In this document: positions 21,002 through 28,769 of the stretch, piece by piece
How the letters are laid out: every line of letters begins with the position of its first letter
Position numbering within the stretch: the first letter of the stretch is position 1
From: an uncultured Planctomycetaceae bacterium
GTDB taxonomy: Bacteria; Planctomycetota; Planctomycetia; Pirellulales; PNKZ01
Direction of reading: 5' to 3'
NCBI GenBank assembly: GCA_964387325.1
Contig: CAYLYE010000004.1
Location: 1,661 to 65,660 of the forward strand
Length of the DNA stretch: 64,000 nucleotides
Made by a program: the position numbers and the translations under genes
Notes under the pieces: generated by a model
Told to the model about the DNA's origin: nothing
Seen by the model: the letters and a program-made list of their open reading frames with translations, nothing else
Database searches by the model: none

Positions 21002-22042
21002 ATGAGTATGGATAACCCCCCGGATCATTCGTATGTGCCTGCACAAGTGGTCGAGCACGGCTCGCCGCCCCGCTCGAGCCGTTCCAGCGGGCGTTGGTTT
21101 CTGGTACTGCTCTTGGTCGTTGCAGCCGGCATGGTGGGGCTTTTGATTGGACTGGCCGGCTCGGTGGTCACGACCGCCGACACGCACCATGTCGAAGAGA
21201 AGTATCACTCGCTCGACAAGCATGCCCGCGACAAGATCGCGATCATCGCCGTCGAAGGGACGATCATGGAGGGGGATGGCTTCGTCAAGAAACAAATCGA
21301 TCGGGTTCGAGACGACAAGCACGTCAAAGCTGTCGTGTTGCGGGTCAATTCGCCGGGCGGGACCGTGACCGGCAGCGACTTTATTTACCATCACCTCGTG
21401 AAGCTCCGCCAGGAACGCGAGATTCCGATCATCGTTAGTATGGGCTCGCTCGCAGCCAGCGGCGGCTACTATGTGGCCATGGCGGCTGGAGAGACCGACG
21501 ACATTATCTTTGCCGAGCCGACTTGCTGGACCGGCTCGATCGGCGTGGTCATTCCACACTACGATCTCTCGAAGTTGGCCAACGAGCACGGCGTGTTCGA
21601 GGACTCGGTGAAGAGTCATCGCTTGAAAGCGATGGGGTCGCCGCTGTCGAAAATGACCGACGAGGAGCGGAAGATTTTTCAGGAACTCGTCGACGAGAGC
21701 TTCAAGAACTTCAAGCAGATCGTCAAGTCGGGGCGGCCCAAGCTGGACGACGACGAGGTGACTCAGATCGCCACGGGTCAGGTATTTACCGCCGCACAGG
21801 CGCAGGAGCACGGCTTGGTCGACAAGATCGGCTTCATTGAAGCGGCGATCGATCGGGCCTTGGAACTGGCCAAGCTCGACAAAGAGCACACGCGCGTCGT
21901 CAAGTATCATCAGCCGATGGGGCTGTTTAGCTCGTTGCTCGAGTCGCGCGCACCGCAGCGGAGTTTCGATCTGGCGGCGCTCTTAAATCTATCGACGCCA
22001 CGCGCCTGGTATTTGTTCACTTGGCCGCTCGCGGCGCAGTAG
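21002..22042 (+). CDS. sppA: Signal peptide peptidase SppA (36K type)
   Basis: VLRVNSPGGTVTGSD and MGSLAASGGYYVAMA motifs with an N-terminal TM helix. The track start at 20981 is TTG, so the first ATG at 21002 is used. Confidence 0.88.
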   Translation: MSMDNPPDHSYVPAQVVEHGSPPRSSRSSGRWFLVLLLVVAAGMVGLLIGLAGSVVTTADTHHVEEKYHSLDKHARDKIAIIAVEGTIMEGDGFVKKQIDRVRDDKHVKAVVLRVNSPGGTVTGSDFIYHHLVKLRQEREIPIIVSMGSLAASGGYYVAMAAGETDDIIFAEPTCWTGSIGVVIPHYDLSKLANEHGVFEDSVKSHRLKAMGSPLSKMTDEERKIFQELVDESFKNFKQIVKSGRPKLDDDEVTQIATGQVFTAAQAQEHGLVDKIGFIEAAIDRALELAKLDKEHTRVVKYHQPMGLFSSLLESRAPQRSFDLAALLNLSTPRAWYLFTWPLAAQ

Positions 22043-22066
22043 CCTACGCCGGCGAGCTCGAGTGAT

Positions 22067-22480
22067 TTACCACACACCCCAGGTGGGGCGCGTGGTGGGG
22101 ACCAGTACGGCCCCGGCGCCGCTCGCCGACCATTGATTGGGATCGCGCGTGTTGCTTGTCCAACTCGGCGAATAGGTGCTGCTGAATGGCGTGACGTTGG
22201 CCGTCGGCCGTGCCAGGCTCACTCCGAACCACTCACGCGCCGCCATGCGATGCATCATCTGCTGCGTCTCAAATTCCGCCTTGCGACGCACGGCCAACTC
22301 GGGGCTGTAACGCTGCCGAAGCTCTTGATCGTAGAACCACATCTCGGGCGTGGGGGTGATGTTCGTCGGTACGGTGGTCGCACCGGGGGCACTCCGCACG
22401 GGTCGCGCCGCGGGTTGCTGGGCATGGACACTGACCGCCATCGAGGTGGCCAACAGAAAATTCAAGACGCGGCGCTGCAT
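22067..22480 (-). CDS. Hypothetical secreted protein
   Basis: 137 aa with ATG start and signal peptide MQRRVLNFLLATSMAVSVHAQ. It lies downstream of, and co-oriented with, the TadE-like gene. Confidence 0.55.
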   Translation of the reverse strand: MQRRVLNFLLATSMAVSVHAQQPAARPVRSAPGATTVPTNITPTPEMWFYDQELRQRYSPELAVRRKAEFETQQMMHRMAAREWFGVSLARPTANVTPFSSTYSPSWTSNTRDPNQWSASGAGAVLVPTTRPTWGVW

Positions 22481-22634
22481 GACACGGCTCCGACACGAAA
22501 GATGTTTTGATGTGGTCGAGGCGGCTGGATCAGCGCCTCCTGCTGATCTCTTCGTCGAGTGACGGTCATGCGGATGAGAGAATCTGTACCGATTCTAAGG
22601 GCTCTGCCAGCCCTCGCTGCCATTGGCAGCAATG

Positions 22635-23150
22635 TCACTCGACCGGGGCCATCGCGCCGGCCGTATAGGATCGGCCCACGAGCGTGAAGCCCCAATTGAC
22701 GAGCAGATCGGGGAGCGTTTGCGACTGCCAGACCGACGACGACCCACTCGGACGCAACGACACTTCGATCGTCACGCGAGTCTCAGTGGGGCTTAGAGCC
22801 AGCGCGGGCGCCGAAATCGAGGCCGGCACACTGCCATTGATGACCACGTCGGACATGCCCGAGGTTTCGATCCGGACGTCCGCGTCGGTCGTCGAGCTAT
22901 TGATGAGCATCTGATGCAAGGCGAGCGTGTTGTTGATCGCGGCCAGCACGGCGGTCGTGTCGCCGCCGCGGGCCGCGACCCGCACTCCCTCTTGGGCCGC
23001 CGTGGAGATCGTGTTTTCGATCTGCAACAACAACCCGAACTCGATGATCGCGAACAGCAGCGTGAGCAGCAGTGGAATGATGAACAGCAGCTGGATCGAC
23101 TGCACGCCGCGTCGCGAGAGACGAACATGTTTTTCGGTCAAAGCAATCAT
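22635..23150 (-). CDS. TadE-like pseudopilin / pilus assembly protein
   Basis: The N-terminus RRGVQSIQLLFIIPLLLTLLFAIIEFGLLL matches the TadE/TadF class-III signal-like hydrophobic segment. Gln occupies the usual +5 Glu position after Gly. Confidence 0.75.
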   Translation of the reverse strand: MIALTEKHVRLSRRGVQSIQLLFIIPLLLTLLFAIIEFGLLLQIENTISTAAQEGVRVAARGGDTTAVLAAINNTLALHQMLINSSTTDADVRIETSGMSDVVINGSVPASISAPALALSPTETRVTIEVSLRPSGSSSVWQSQTLPDLLVNWGFTLVGRSYTAGAMAPVE

Positions 23151-23261
23151 TCAAGTCCCGGCTGGAACAGGTTTTTTCGATCCATGATGGGAGAACATTC
23201 CGTGTTTCAAAATCAGAATACTCGAAATGCGGTCATTGGGGTAAACTCAGTGTAGCAAATC

Positions 23262-23768
23262 ATGTCTGTCTATCGACCACGAAATCATCGTCACGCGCGG
23301 CACGGCATCCAGGCGTTGGAGTTGCTGATCGTCGTGCCATTGCTGACGATCTTGTTGCTGGCCGTGGTCGAGTTTGGCTTGATCTATCTGAATTTACGGC
23401 ATCTGGCGTTCGCCAGTCGAACCGGTACGAAGATCGCCGCCGAACAGGCCAGTTTCGATATCACGCTCATTAAAACCGAGGTGGATCGTCATCTGCGTTC
23501 GGCCGGTTTGTTGTCGAACTCACAGGTGGTCGTGCTCGAACACAACGTGGGGGGCACTTATACCCAAATATCGAGCAATCCGTCGATCACTTGCCCGTTG
23601 CCGACCATTGCCCTACCGGATGCGACCGTCGTGCCCGAGGGGTGTGTGCGTGTGACGGTCTGTGTGACGGTGAATGTGCTGACGCCGGATCTGCTGGCGA
23701 CCTTTGGTTTATCGCTCGCGAGTCGTCAAGCGACGGAATCGACTCTTTTTGTGTACGAGGCGTTGTGA
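23262..23768 (+). CDS. TadE-like pseudopilin / pilus assembly protein
   Basis: RHGIQALELLIVVPLLTILLLAVVEFGLIYL (G/IQALE, with Glu at +5). Confidence 0.78.
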   Translation: MSVYRPRNHRHARHGIQALELLIVVPLLTILLLAVVEFGLIYLNLRHLAFASRTGTKIAAEQASFDITLIKTEVDRHLRSAGLLSNSQVVVLEHNVGGTYTQISSNPSITCPLPTIALPDATVVPEGCVRVTVCVTVNVLTPDLLATFGLSLASRQATESTLFVYEAL

Positions 23769-23776
23769 GCCAAGCG

Positions 23777-24382
23777 ATGGCGGAGCAAGAGCGATCGTCG
23801 AGCGTTCGCCGCTTATCCCGGCGCGGACGGGTTGGTGCGCGCCGTGGCAGTGTGATTCTCTGGATGTTTTTTGCACTGCCGCTCATTCTGACCATGTTTT
23901 TCACCGTAACGACCGTGGGCAAGTTGTGGCTGGCGCGAGCCGAGTTGCAAAACCTGACCGATGCCGCCGCACTGGCTGGCGCGAAGATCTGGGGCGACGG
24001 CGCCAACGGTCCGTCGCAGCGCTCGCTCGCACACCAGGCGGCACAATTGGTCGCCGAATCGAACACCGTCGTCGGCACGGTGTTGACCGTCGATGGCAAC
24101 AACAATACGGCCAACGTGAATAACAACAACGCCTGCCCGGGCACGATCGAGCTGGGAGCGCTATCGGGCGGTGTGTTTGCCGGCGGCACGGTCCCCGCCA
24201 CGGTCGATCAGCGAGCCTGTCGAGTCGACATTTCAACCACGGTCACGGCGCCGTGGTTTGGGGCGGGCGGACTAATTGGCCCCTTTACGATTCGCTCAAC
24301 GTCGATCGCCTACTATAGCAGTGCGACGATCGGCGCCGGCACGCCGCGACTGGTCAACATTACGGCTGCAAGTTGCCCGTAA
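23777..24382 (+). CDS. TadG-like (Tad_N-type) pilus assembly protein
   Basis: RRGSVILWMFFALPLILTMFFTVTTVGKLWLARAELQNLTDAAALAGAK is typical of TadG-like N-termini. An alternative GTG at 23765 overlaps the upstream stop (GTGA). Confidence 0.7.
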   Translation: MAEQERSSSVRRLSRRGRVGARRGSVILWMFFALPLILTMFFTVTTVGKLWLARAELQNLTDAAALAGAKIWGDGANGPSQRSLAHQAAQLVAESNTVVGTVLTVDGNNNTANVNNNNACPGTIELGALSGGVFAGGTVPATVDQRACRVDISTTVTAPWFGAGGLIGPFTIRSTSIAYYSSATIGAGTPRLVNITAASCP

Positions 24383-27300
24383 AGCCGTCGATCGAGGTCT
24401 TCTCCAAGCCGAGGCCAAGTGACTTCATCGGCGAAGGCTGGTTCAGATTATTGAGCGACGAGCCCGGCTGATAATCTGTTACGACCGGCATCTGTGGCTT
24501 GCTGATGCTGGTGGTCTGGCCGCTCGCGTTCGGTTTGCCAATGATCTCCAATCGAAGCGGCGGAGTGGCGAGGTTGGGCGGCGTGACGTCCGGAGTTTGG
24601 TTGATCGACGGGGCCGCTTTGCCGACAGCCGGCGCGGGCGTGTCGCTCATGGGTTTTGGTTTGACCGAACTCGAGTTCACGCCGTCGGTCGCGAAGGCAA
24701 CGCCACCGTTGGTCGACGCAGCAGTGGCGGGCAGGGTCGCATTCGGCCGCAGACGCTCGAAGCGGTCGCTTGCATAAGCCGTCGCTGCCGACTTGGGTTG
24801 CTTGCTCTTGGTCGTTACCGAGGTTGTCGGCATCGAGGGCAGCACGCTCGGTGGGGTGACGGTCATGGGGACAACATTTTTCGGTTGCACGTCGGGCGTC
24901 GCACTCGATCGATTATCGAGCGAACTCGGTGCGTTGGGGAGCTTTTGTGCCGCCTCTCGCAACGGATGTGGGGTAGTGATACCCGGGGTAACTGTCGATG
25001 TCGGGGGCTGCGATGCGCGGAGGGTGTTACCCTGCGGAGCGGCGTCGGTTGCAAAAGCCATCGGTGCTGTCGACGCGGGTGAAGAGGTCGACTGATCCGA
25101 GACAACAGCCATCGGTTGGTTGGCTGTGCTCGTGGCCTGGGTCGAGGTCGAATCGGCATCGCTGACCACCGCCATACCAGACGATTTTGGCTTCGTTATG
25201 CGGGCAGGCTGAGCGGCCGGAGTGATTCGTGACGCCGACGGAGGAGCGACCGTCGCGCTGGGCGCCACGCTCGGCTTGGTCGTCTCCGACGAAGCGGCTT
25301 TCGTACTTTTCGGAGCGAGCGCTTGCGAGGCAGACGGTAATTCACCTTGTTCACTCGCGCTCGGCGTAGGAGTCACGCGTGTCGAGGGCGTCTTCACGAT
25401 CGGCTCTTCTTTCGAGGTCGGCACGATCGTTGGTTGTAATGGATTGAACGCGGGAGCAACGACCGCCGGGATCCGCTCGACCACCGGCAGGCGCTCGGTG
25501 GCTACCGTCGTCGGTTTTACCTTGTTTGGCTGGTTCAAAGCATTCGAGTCAAACAGTGTTGGTTTCATGGCCGTAGGCACCGGTTGCGCGCTGCTCGTGG
25601 GACTTGTCGGAGCGACGGCCGCAACGGTCGACTTGATCGACTTCTGCGTATAAGTTGTCGCCACGTTCGAGGTCGCTTCGCTCACGACAGGTCGCGGCTT
25701 GGCGGCAACGGTCGCCGATCGACTCACGGGAATCAGTCGCTTGGCAACGTCTAAATCGACCCGCGGAGTCACCGGAGTCGTGGTCGGCAGTGTCGAGGGC
25801 GCGAGCAGTGGATCGGGCTGAATACCTCCCAAAACGATTTTCGGCGCGGCCGAGTCATGGGTCGGCTTGGTCGACTCCAGTTTAGCCGCTTCGTTGGCCG
25901 CGGCGACGTCACGCGCTACGACCGGCGTAGCAAAGGGATTGTTGACGATGGTGCCCTTGGCCGAGATCGGCTCGGAAATCGACAGGGGACTCGGCGAAGC
26001 AGCAATTCGTTGGGCCGCGTGGGACGATGGAGCCTGCTTCGCTACGTTCGACGCCGGCAACTGCACTTGAGCCGTGTGATTTACAGGTTCAACGTTGAGA
26101 GATTCAGCTCGAGTTGCAGGGGGCAACGGAGCCGTCTCGATAGCTTTGTCCGACTCCGCTCGACGAGCGACCATCGTTTGGTCGGGTTCACGTTGTTCCC
26201 GAATCGGTCGAACCTCGAACAACTTGGCTTCGAGCGCGGCCATCGACGATTCGGTCGGTCGGTTCGAGGGTTGCTTGTTTGTGGCGATCCGCTTGCCAAC
26301 GTCGCCGGTCTTGAATGGACTGAAACTCTTACCCCAGAGCGACGACGTCGGCTGGGCAAGGTCAGGTTTCTCCGGAGTTGTGGCCGGTACATCGGGCTTG
26401 AGAGTCAGCAACTCGTGTTTCGCTGGAGTCGCCGACTTCGCAGCATCCACAACTCCAACCGAGGGTTGTTCCGGATGCGTTTTTTCCGTCTTGGGTGCCA
26501 TCGTTTTCGCAGCGAAATCATTCAACGATGCGGGCTTCGACTTGGCGAATATCCCGCTCGATGACCGCGTGCCCCCAGGGTTCGAGGTAACGGGTTTAGC
26601 CGTCACCGTTGGGGTTGAGACGTCAACTGGCTTCGCGGCAGCACGATGGACTTGGTCGCTCTGAGCCACTTGCGCCGCGGTATTCGACGGAGCCTTCATG
26701 ACCAACGCAGGGAGATTTTCCGGCAACTTGGGAGTCGAAAACGTCGAGGCCACCGAATCGGCCGATGGACTTGGACTCTTTGGCGCGACCGGGTCCATCA
26801 TCGATGCGGTGCCGGGGATGTTGCTCATCACCGCCACCAACGGGGATGACTTTTTCGTCGCGGCTTCCAATGTCCCGGGTGCCTTGGCTTGCGATTCTAG
26901 ACGTGGTGCTGCGGCGGCTGGGGACGCTTCGGCAGCGACAACCGGTGTCGCCGAGACAACAACCGACGCCGGTTTCTGTCCATTGCCCGACAAGGACTTG
27001 GGCGGAGCCAGCGTCGGCACTTCTTGCTTTGCCGCGAGATTCGGCTGAAAGATCATATTCGACCAACGCGACGCTGGGTTCGAGCCACCTTGAGCAAGGG
27101 CTGGCGACTGAGTCGGCGAACCTGCCCCTTCGCTTGTCTCGGCCAACAACGCTGCAGGTGCGGCCGCACTCACGGTCGCGGTGACCGGCTCGACGGACTT
27201 GGCGCGAAGCGGCAAGTCAACGACCTCGGCTAACTCGGCTGGGTTGCCGACCGGTTTACTCTGCGGCGGCGTATGTGACGCCAGAGTCGAATCCTCCGCG

Positions 27301-28049
27301 CCACGGATCTTAGGCCCGTCGAACTTTCGATTGCGAGTGGCGCTCGCAACTTGCACGAGCCCCTCGGCCGCGGCTCGATTGTTCTTGTCGAGTGCGATGG
27401 CTTTAAGGTAGTGCTTTTGAGCTTGTTCGAGTTGATTTTGTTGCGAGAACACGTAGGCCATGTTGGTATGTACGTGTGCATCGTTGCCCGCGCGTTGGAA
27501 GGCGACCAGCGCCTTGTCAAATTTGCCCTGCTGACCGTAGGCCAAACCCAGGTTGTTAAGGGCGCTCTTGGACTCGGGTTCTTTTTCAAGCGCCCCGTTG
27601 AAGCAGGCAATGGCTTCATCGAAACGATCTTGCAAATAGTAGCAGTAGCCCAAGTCGTTGAGCAGTTCGGCGGTCACATCGCCGGCAGCCGACGCCATTT
27701 TGAAATACTCATCCGCGCGCTCGAAGTCGCCCCGTTTGGCGGCCATGACGGCGAGCCGATGCATCGCCGACTGGCGGCCTTCTTTGTTGCGACCTTTCAC
27801 GAGCGCCTCGTAAATCGAGACGGCTTCCTTGGACTGGCCATGACGTTCGCACAACTGCGCGTAGGCCAGTTTGGCGTCGACTTTGCCGGATGTTTCGACC
27901 CAGCTGGGCATCAATGACTTGGGGCGCATGGTGGCACAACCCGTGAGTGCGGTCGAGGCCATCAGCAACCAAGCGGTCGATCGTCGAACGACGTTCTTCC
28001 AGAAGCGGTTGGGTCGATTGAGTTGATATTGATTCATGGTCGTGTTCAT
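24360..28049 (-). CDS. Giant TPR lipoprotein (TadD-like N-terminal module) with ~980-aa P/T/S/A-rich low-complexity tail
   Basis: Lipobox LTGC near the N-terminus. TPR repeats span roughly residues 50-240 (AKLAYAQLCERHGQSKEAVSIYEAL..., NDLGYCYYLQDRFDEAIACFNGAL, NNLGLAYGQQGKFDKALVAFQRA, MAYVFSQQNQLEQAQKHYLKAIALD). The remainder is Pro/Thr/Ser/Ala/Val-rich with no further recognisable domain. Confidence 0.8.
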   Translation of the reverse strand: MNTTMNQYQLNRPNRFWKNVVRRSTAWLLMASTALTGCATMRPKSLMPSWVETSGKVDAKLAYAQLCERHGQSKEAVSIYEALVKGRNKEGRQSAMHRLAVMAAKRGDFERADEYFKMASAAGDVTAELLNDLGYCYYLQDRFDEAIACFNGALEKEPESKSALNNLGLAYGQQGKFDKALVAFQRAGNDAHVHTNMAYVFSQQNQLEQAQKHYLKAIALDKNNRAAAEGLVQVASATRNRKFDGPKIRGAEDSTLASHTPPQSKPVGNPAELAEVVDLPLRAKSVEPVTATVSAAAPAALLAETSEGAGSPTQSPALAQGGSNPASRWSNMIFQPNLAAKQEVPTLAPPKSLSGNGQKPASVVVSATPVVAAEASPAAAAPRLESQAKAPGTLEAATKKSSPLVAVMSNIPGTASMMDPVAPKSPSPSADSVASTFSTPKLPENLPALVMKAPSNTAAQVAQSDQVHRAAAKPVDVSTPTVTAKPVTSNPGGTRSSSGIFAKSKPASLNDFAAKTMAPKTEKTHPEQPSVGVVDAAKSATPAKHELLTLKPDVPATTPEKPDLAQPTSSLWGKSFSPFKTGDVGKRIATNKQPSNRPTESSMAALEAKLFEVRPIREQREPDQTMVARRAESDKAIETAPLPPATRAESLNVEPVNHTAQVQLPASNVAKQAPSSHAAQRIAASPSPLSISEPISAKGTIVNNPFATPVVARDVAAANEAAKLESTKPTHDSAAPKIVLGGIQPDPLLAPSTLPTTTPVTPRVDLDVAKRLIPVSRSATVAAKPRPVVSEATSNVATTYTQKSIKSTVAAVAPTSPTSSAQPVPTAMKPTLFDSNALNQPNKVKPTTVATERLPVVERIPAVVAPAFNPLQPTIVPTSKEEPIVKTPSTRVTPTPSASEQGELPSASQALAPKSTKAASSETTKPSVAPSATVAPPSASRITPAAQPARITKPKSSGMAVVSDADSTSTQATSTANQPMAVVSDQSTSSPASTAPMAFATDAAPQGNTLRASQPPTSTVTPGITTPHPLREAAQKLPNAPSSLDNRSSATPDVQPKNVVPMTVTPPSVLPSMPTTSVTTKSKQPKSAATAYASDRFERLRPNATLPATAASTNGGVAFATDGVNSSSVKPKPMSDTPAPAVGKAAPSINQTPDVTPPNLATPPLRLEIIGKPNASGQTTSISKPQMPVVTDYQPGSSLNNLNQPSPMKSLGLGLEKTSIDGFTGNLQP

Positions 28050-28093
28050 CGCTTATCCGGCTTAAGAAACACAAGTGCCGAAAGTCGAACGGG

Positions 28094-28723
28094 TTAAAAT
28101 ACGCCTCCGCCGCCTCCGCCGCCTCCGCCAAAACCACCGAATCCGCCGCGAAATGAGCCGCCACCTCCCCCACGACCCGATCCGATCTGATCGGCCTGCG
28201 CCGGGGTCAGACCCTGCGAATACGGCAAGGCGACAATCACCCGATTCTCGGGATCCGGCACCGCCAATGCCGTCAATGCCTTGATAACCACCTCGCGCCG
28301 GCGATTGTCGAGATCGGGGTTGCGATGGATCGGAAATTGATACTTGGTCTTCGGATCCGACGACGTGTTGCTGCGCTCGATGATCACGGGATAGTTCGCG
28401 CCCTCGATCATTCGTTGCGCAATCCGTTTCAGATGATCCTCGCCGTCGCCATTGAGCCGAATGCCGTTGAGCGTAAACTCATGCTGGTAGAGGACAAAGT
28501 TCGAGGCGTCGACATTCTCGCCTTGCACTTTCCAAAACTTGTCGTACTCACTTCCCAACGGCAAGGGGGGTTTGCGATGCGCCGCAATGCCACGCGGTTG
28601 ACCTGAACGAAGTCCCCTGGGACAACAAATCGCGTTCCCGCAGCCGGCAGCCAAACCGCCCAACAGCAGCGCTGCTGAACCGGTCAGAATCAGCCGTCGA
28701 GAGTATTGTGGGTCGTGCATCAT
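28094..28723 (-). CDS. Lipoprotein with poly-Gly/FG C-terminal tail (positional analogue of CpaD/RcpB)
   Basis: Lipobox LAAGC. The core has a degenerate OmpA_C-like pattern (F.LNG..L..DG.DHLKRIAQ......PVIIE......LDNRRREVV.KAL). The C-terminus is GRGGGGGSFRGGFGGFGGGGGGGGGVF. It lies immediately downstream of the secretin. Confidence 0.7.
   Translation of the reverse strand: MMHDPQYSRRLILTGSAALLLGGLAAGCGNAICCPRGLRSGQPRGIAAHRKPPLPLGSEYDKFWKVQGENVDASNFVLYQHEFTLNGIRLNGDGEDHLKRIAQRMIEGANYPVIIERSNTSSDPKTKYQFPIHRNPDLDNRRREVVIKALTALAVPDPENRVIVALPYSQGLTPAQADQIGSGRGGGGGSFRGGFGGFGGGGGGGGGVF
28102..28128. repeat. Perfect 9-nt tandem repeat (gcctccgcc x3) encoding part of the poly-Gly tail
   Basis: Read directly: 28102-28110, 28111-28119 and 28120-28128 are identical. 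Confidence 0.95.
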
Positions 28724-28769
28724 GAGTTTGTTCCACGTACTTCAGGTTTTCCGGCAGGTGAACGCGCGG

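Noticed and set aside
20900-21910. 336-aa ORF antisense to sppA
   Set aside because: The sense strand has SppA catalytic motifs. The antisense translation lacks any motif and is rich in Arg, Leu, Val and Asp.
27061-27090. tRNA T-arm-like string gggttcgagcc
   Set aside because: It lies inside the giant TPR ORF, and I could not build acceptor, D or anticodon stems around it. No tRNA is called anywhere in the window.
24499-27917. Numerous 70-235-aa plus-strand ORFs opposite the giant TPR gene
   Set aside because: All lie antisense to one uninterrupted 3.7-kb ORF. The low-complexity GC-rich sequence yields open frames on both strands, and none has a start context or motif.
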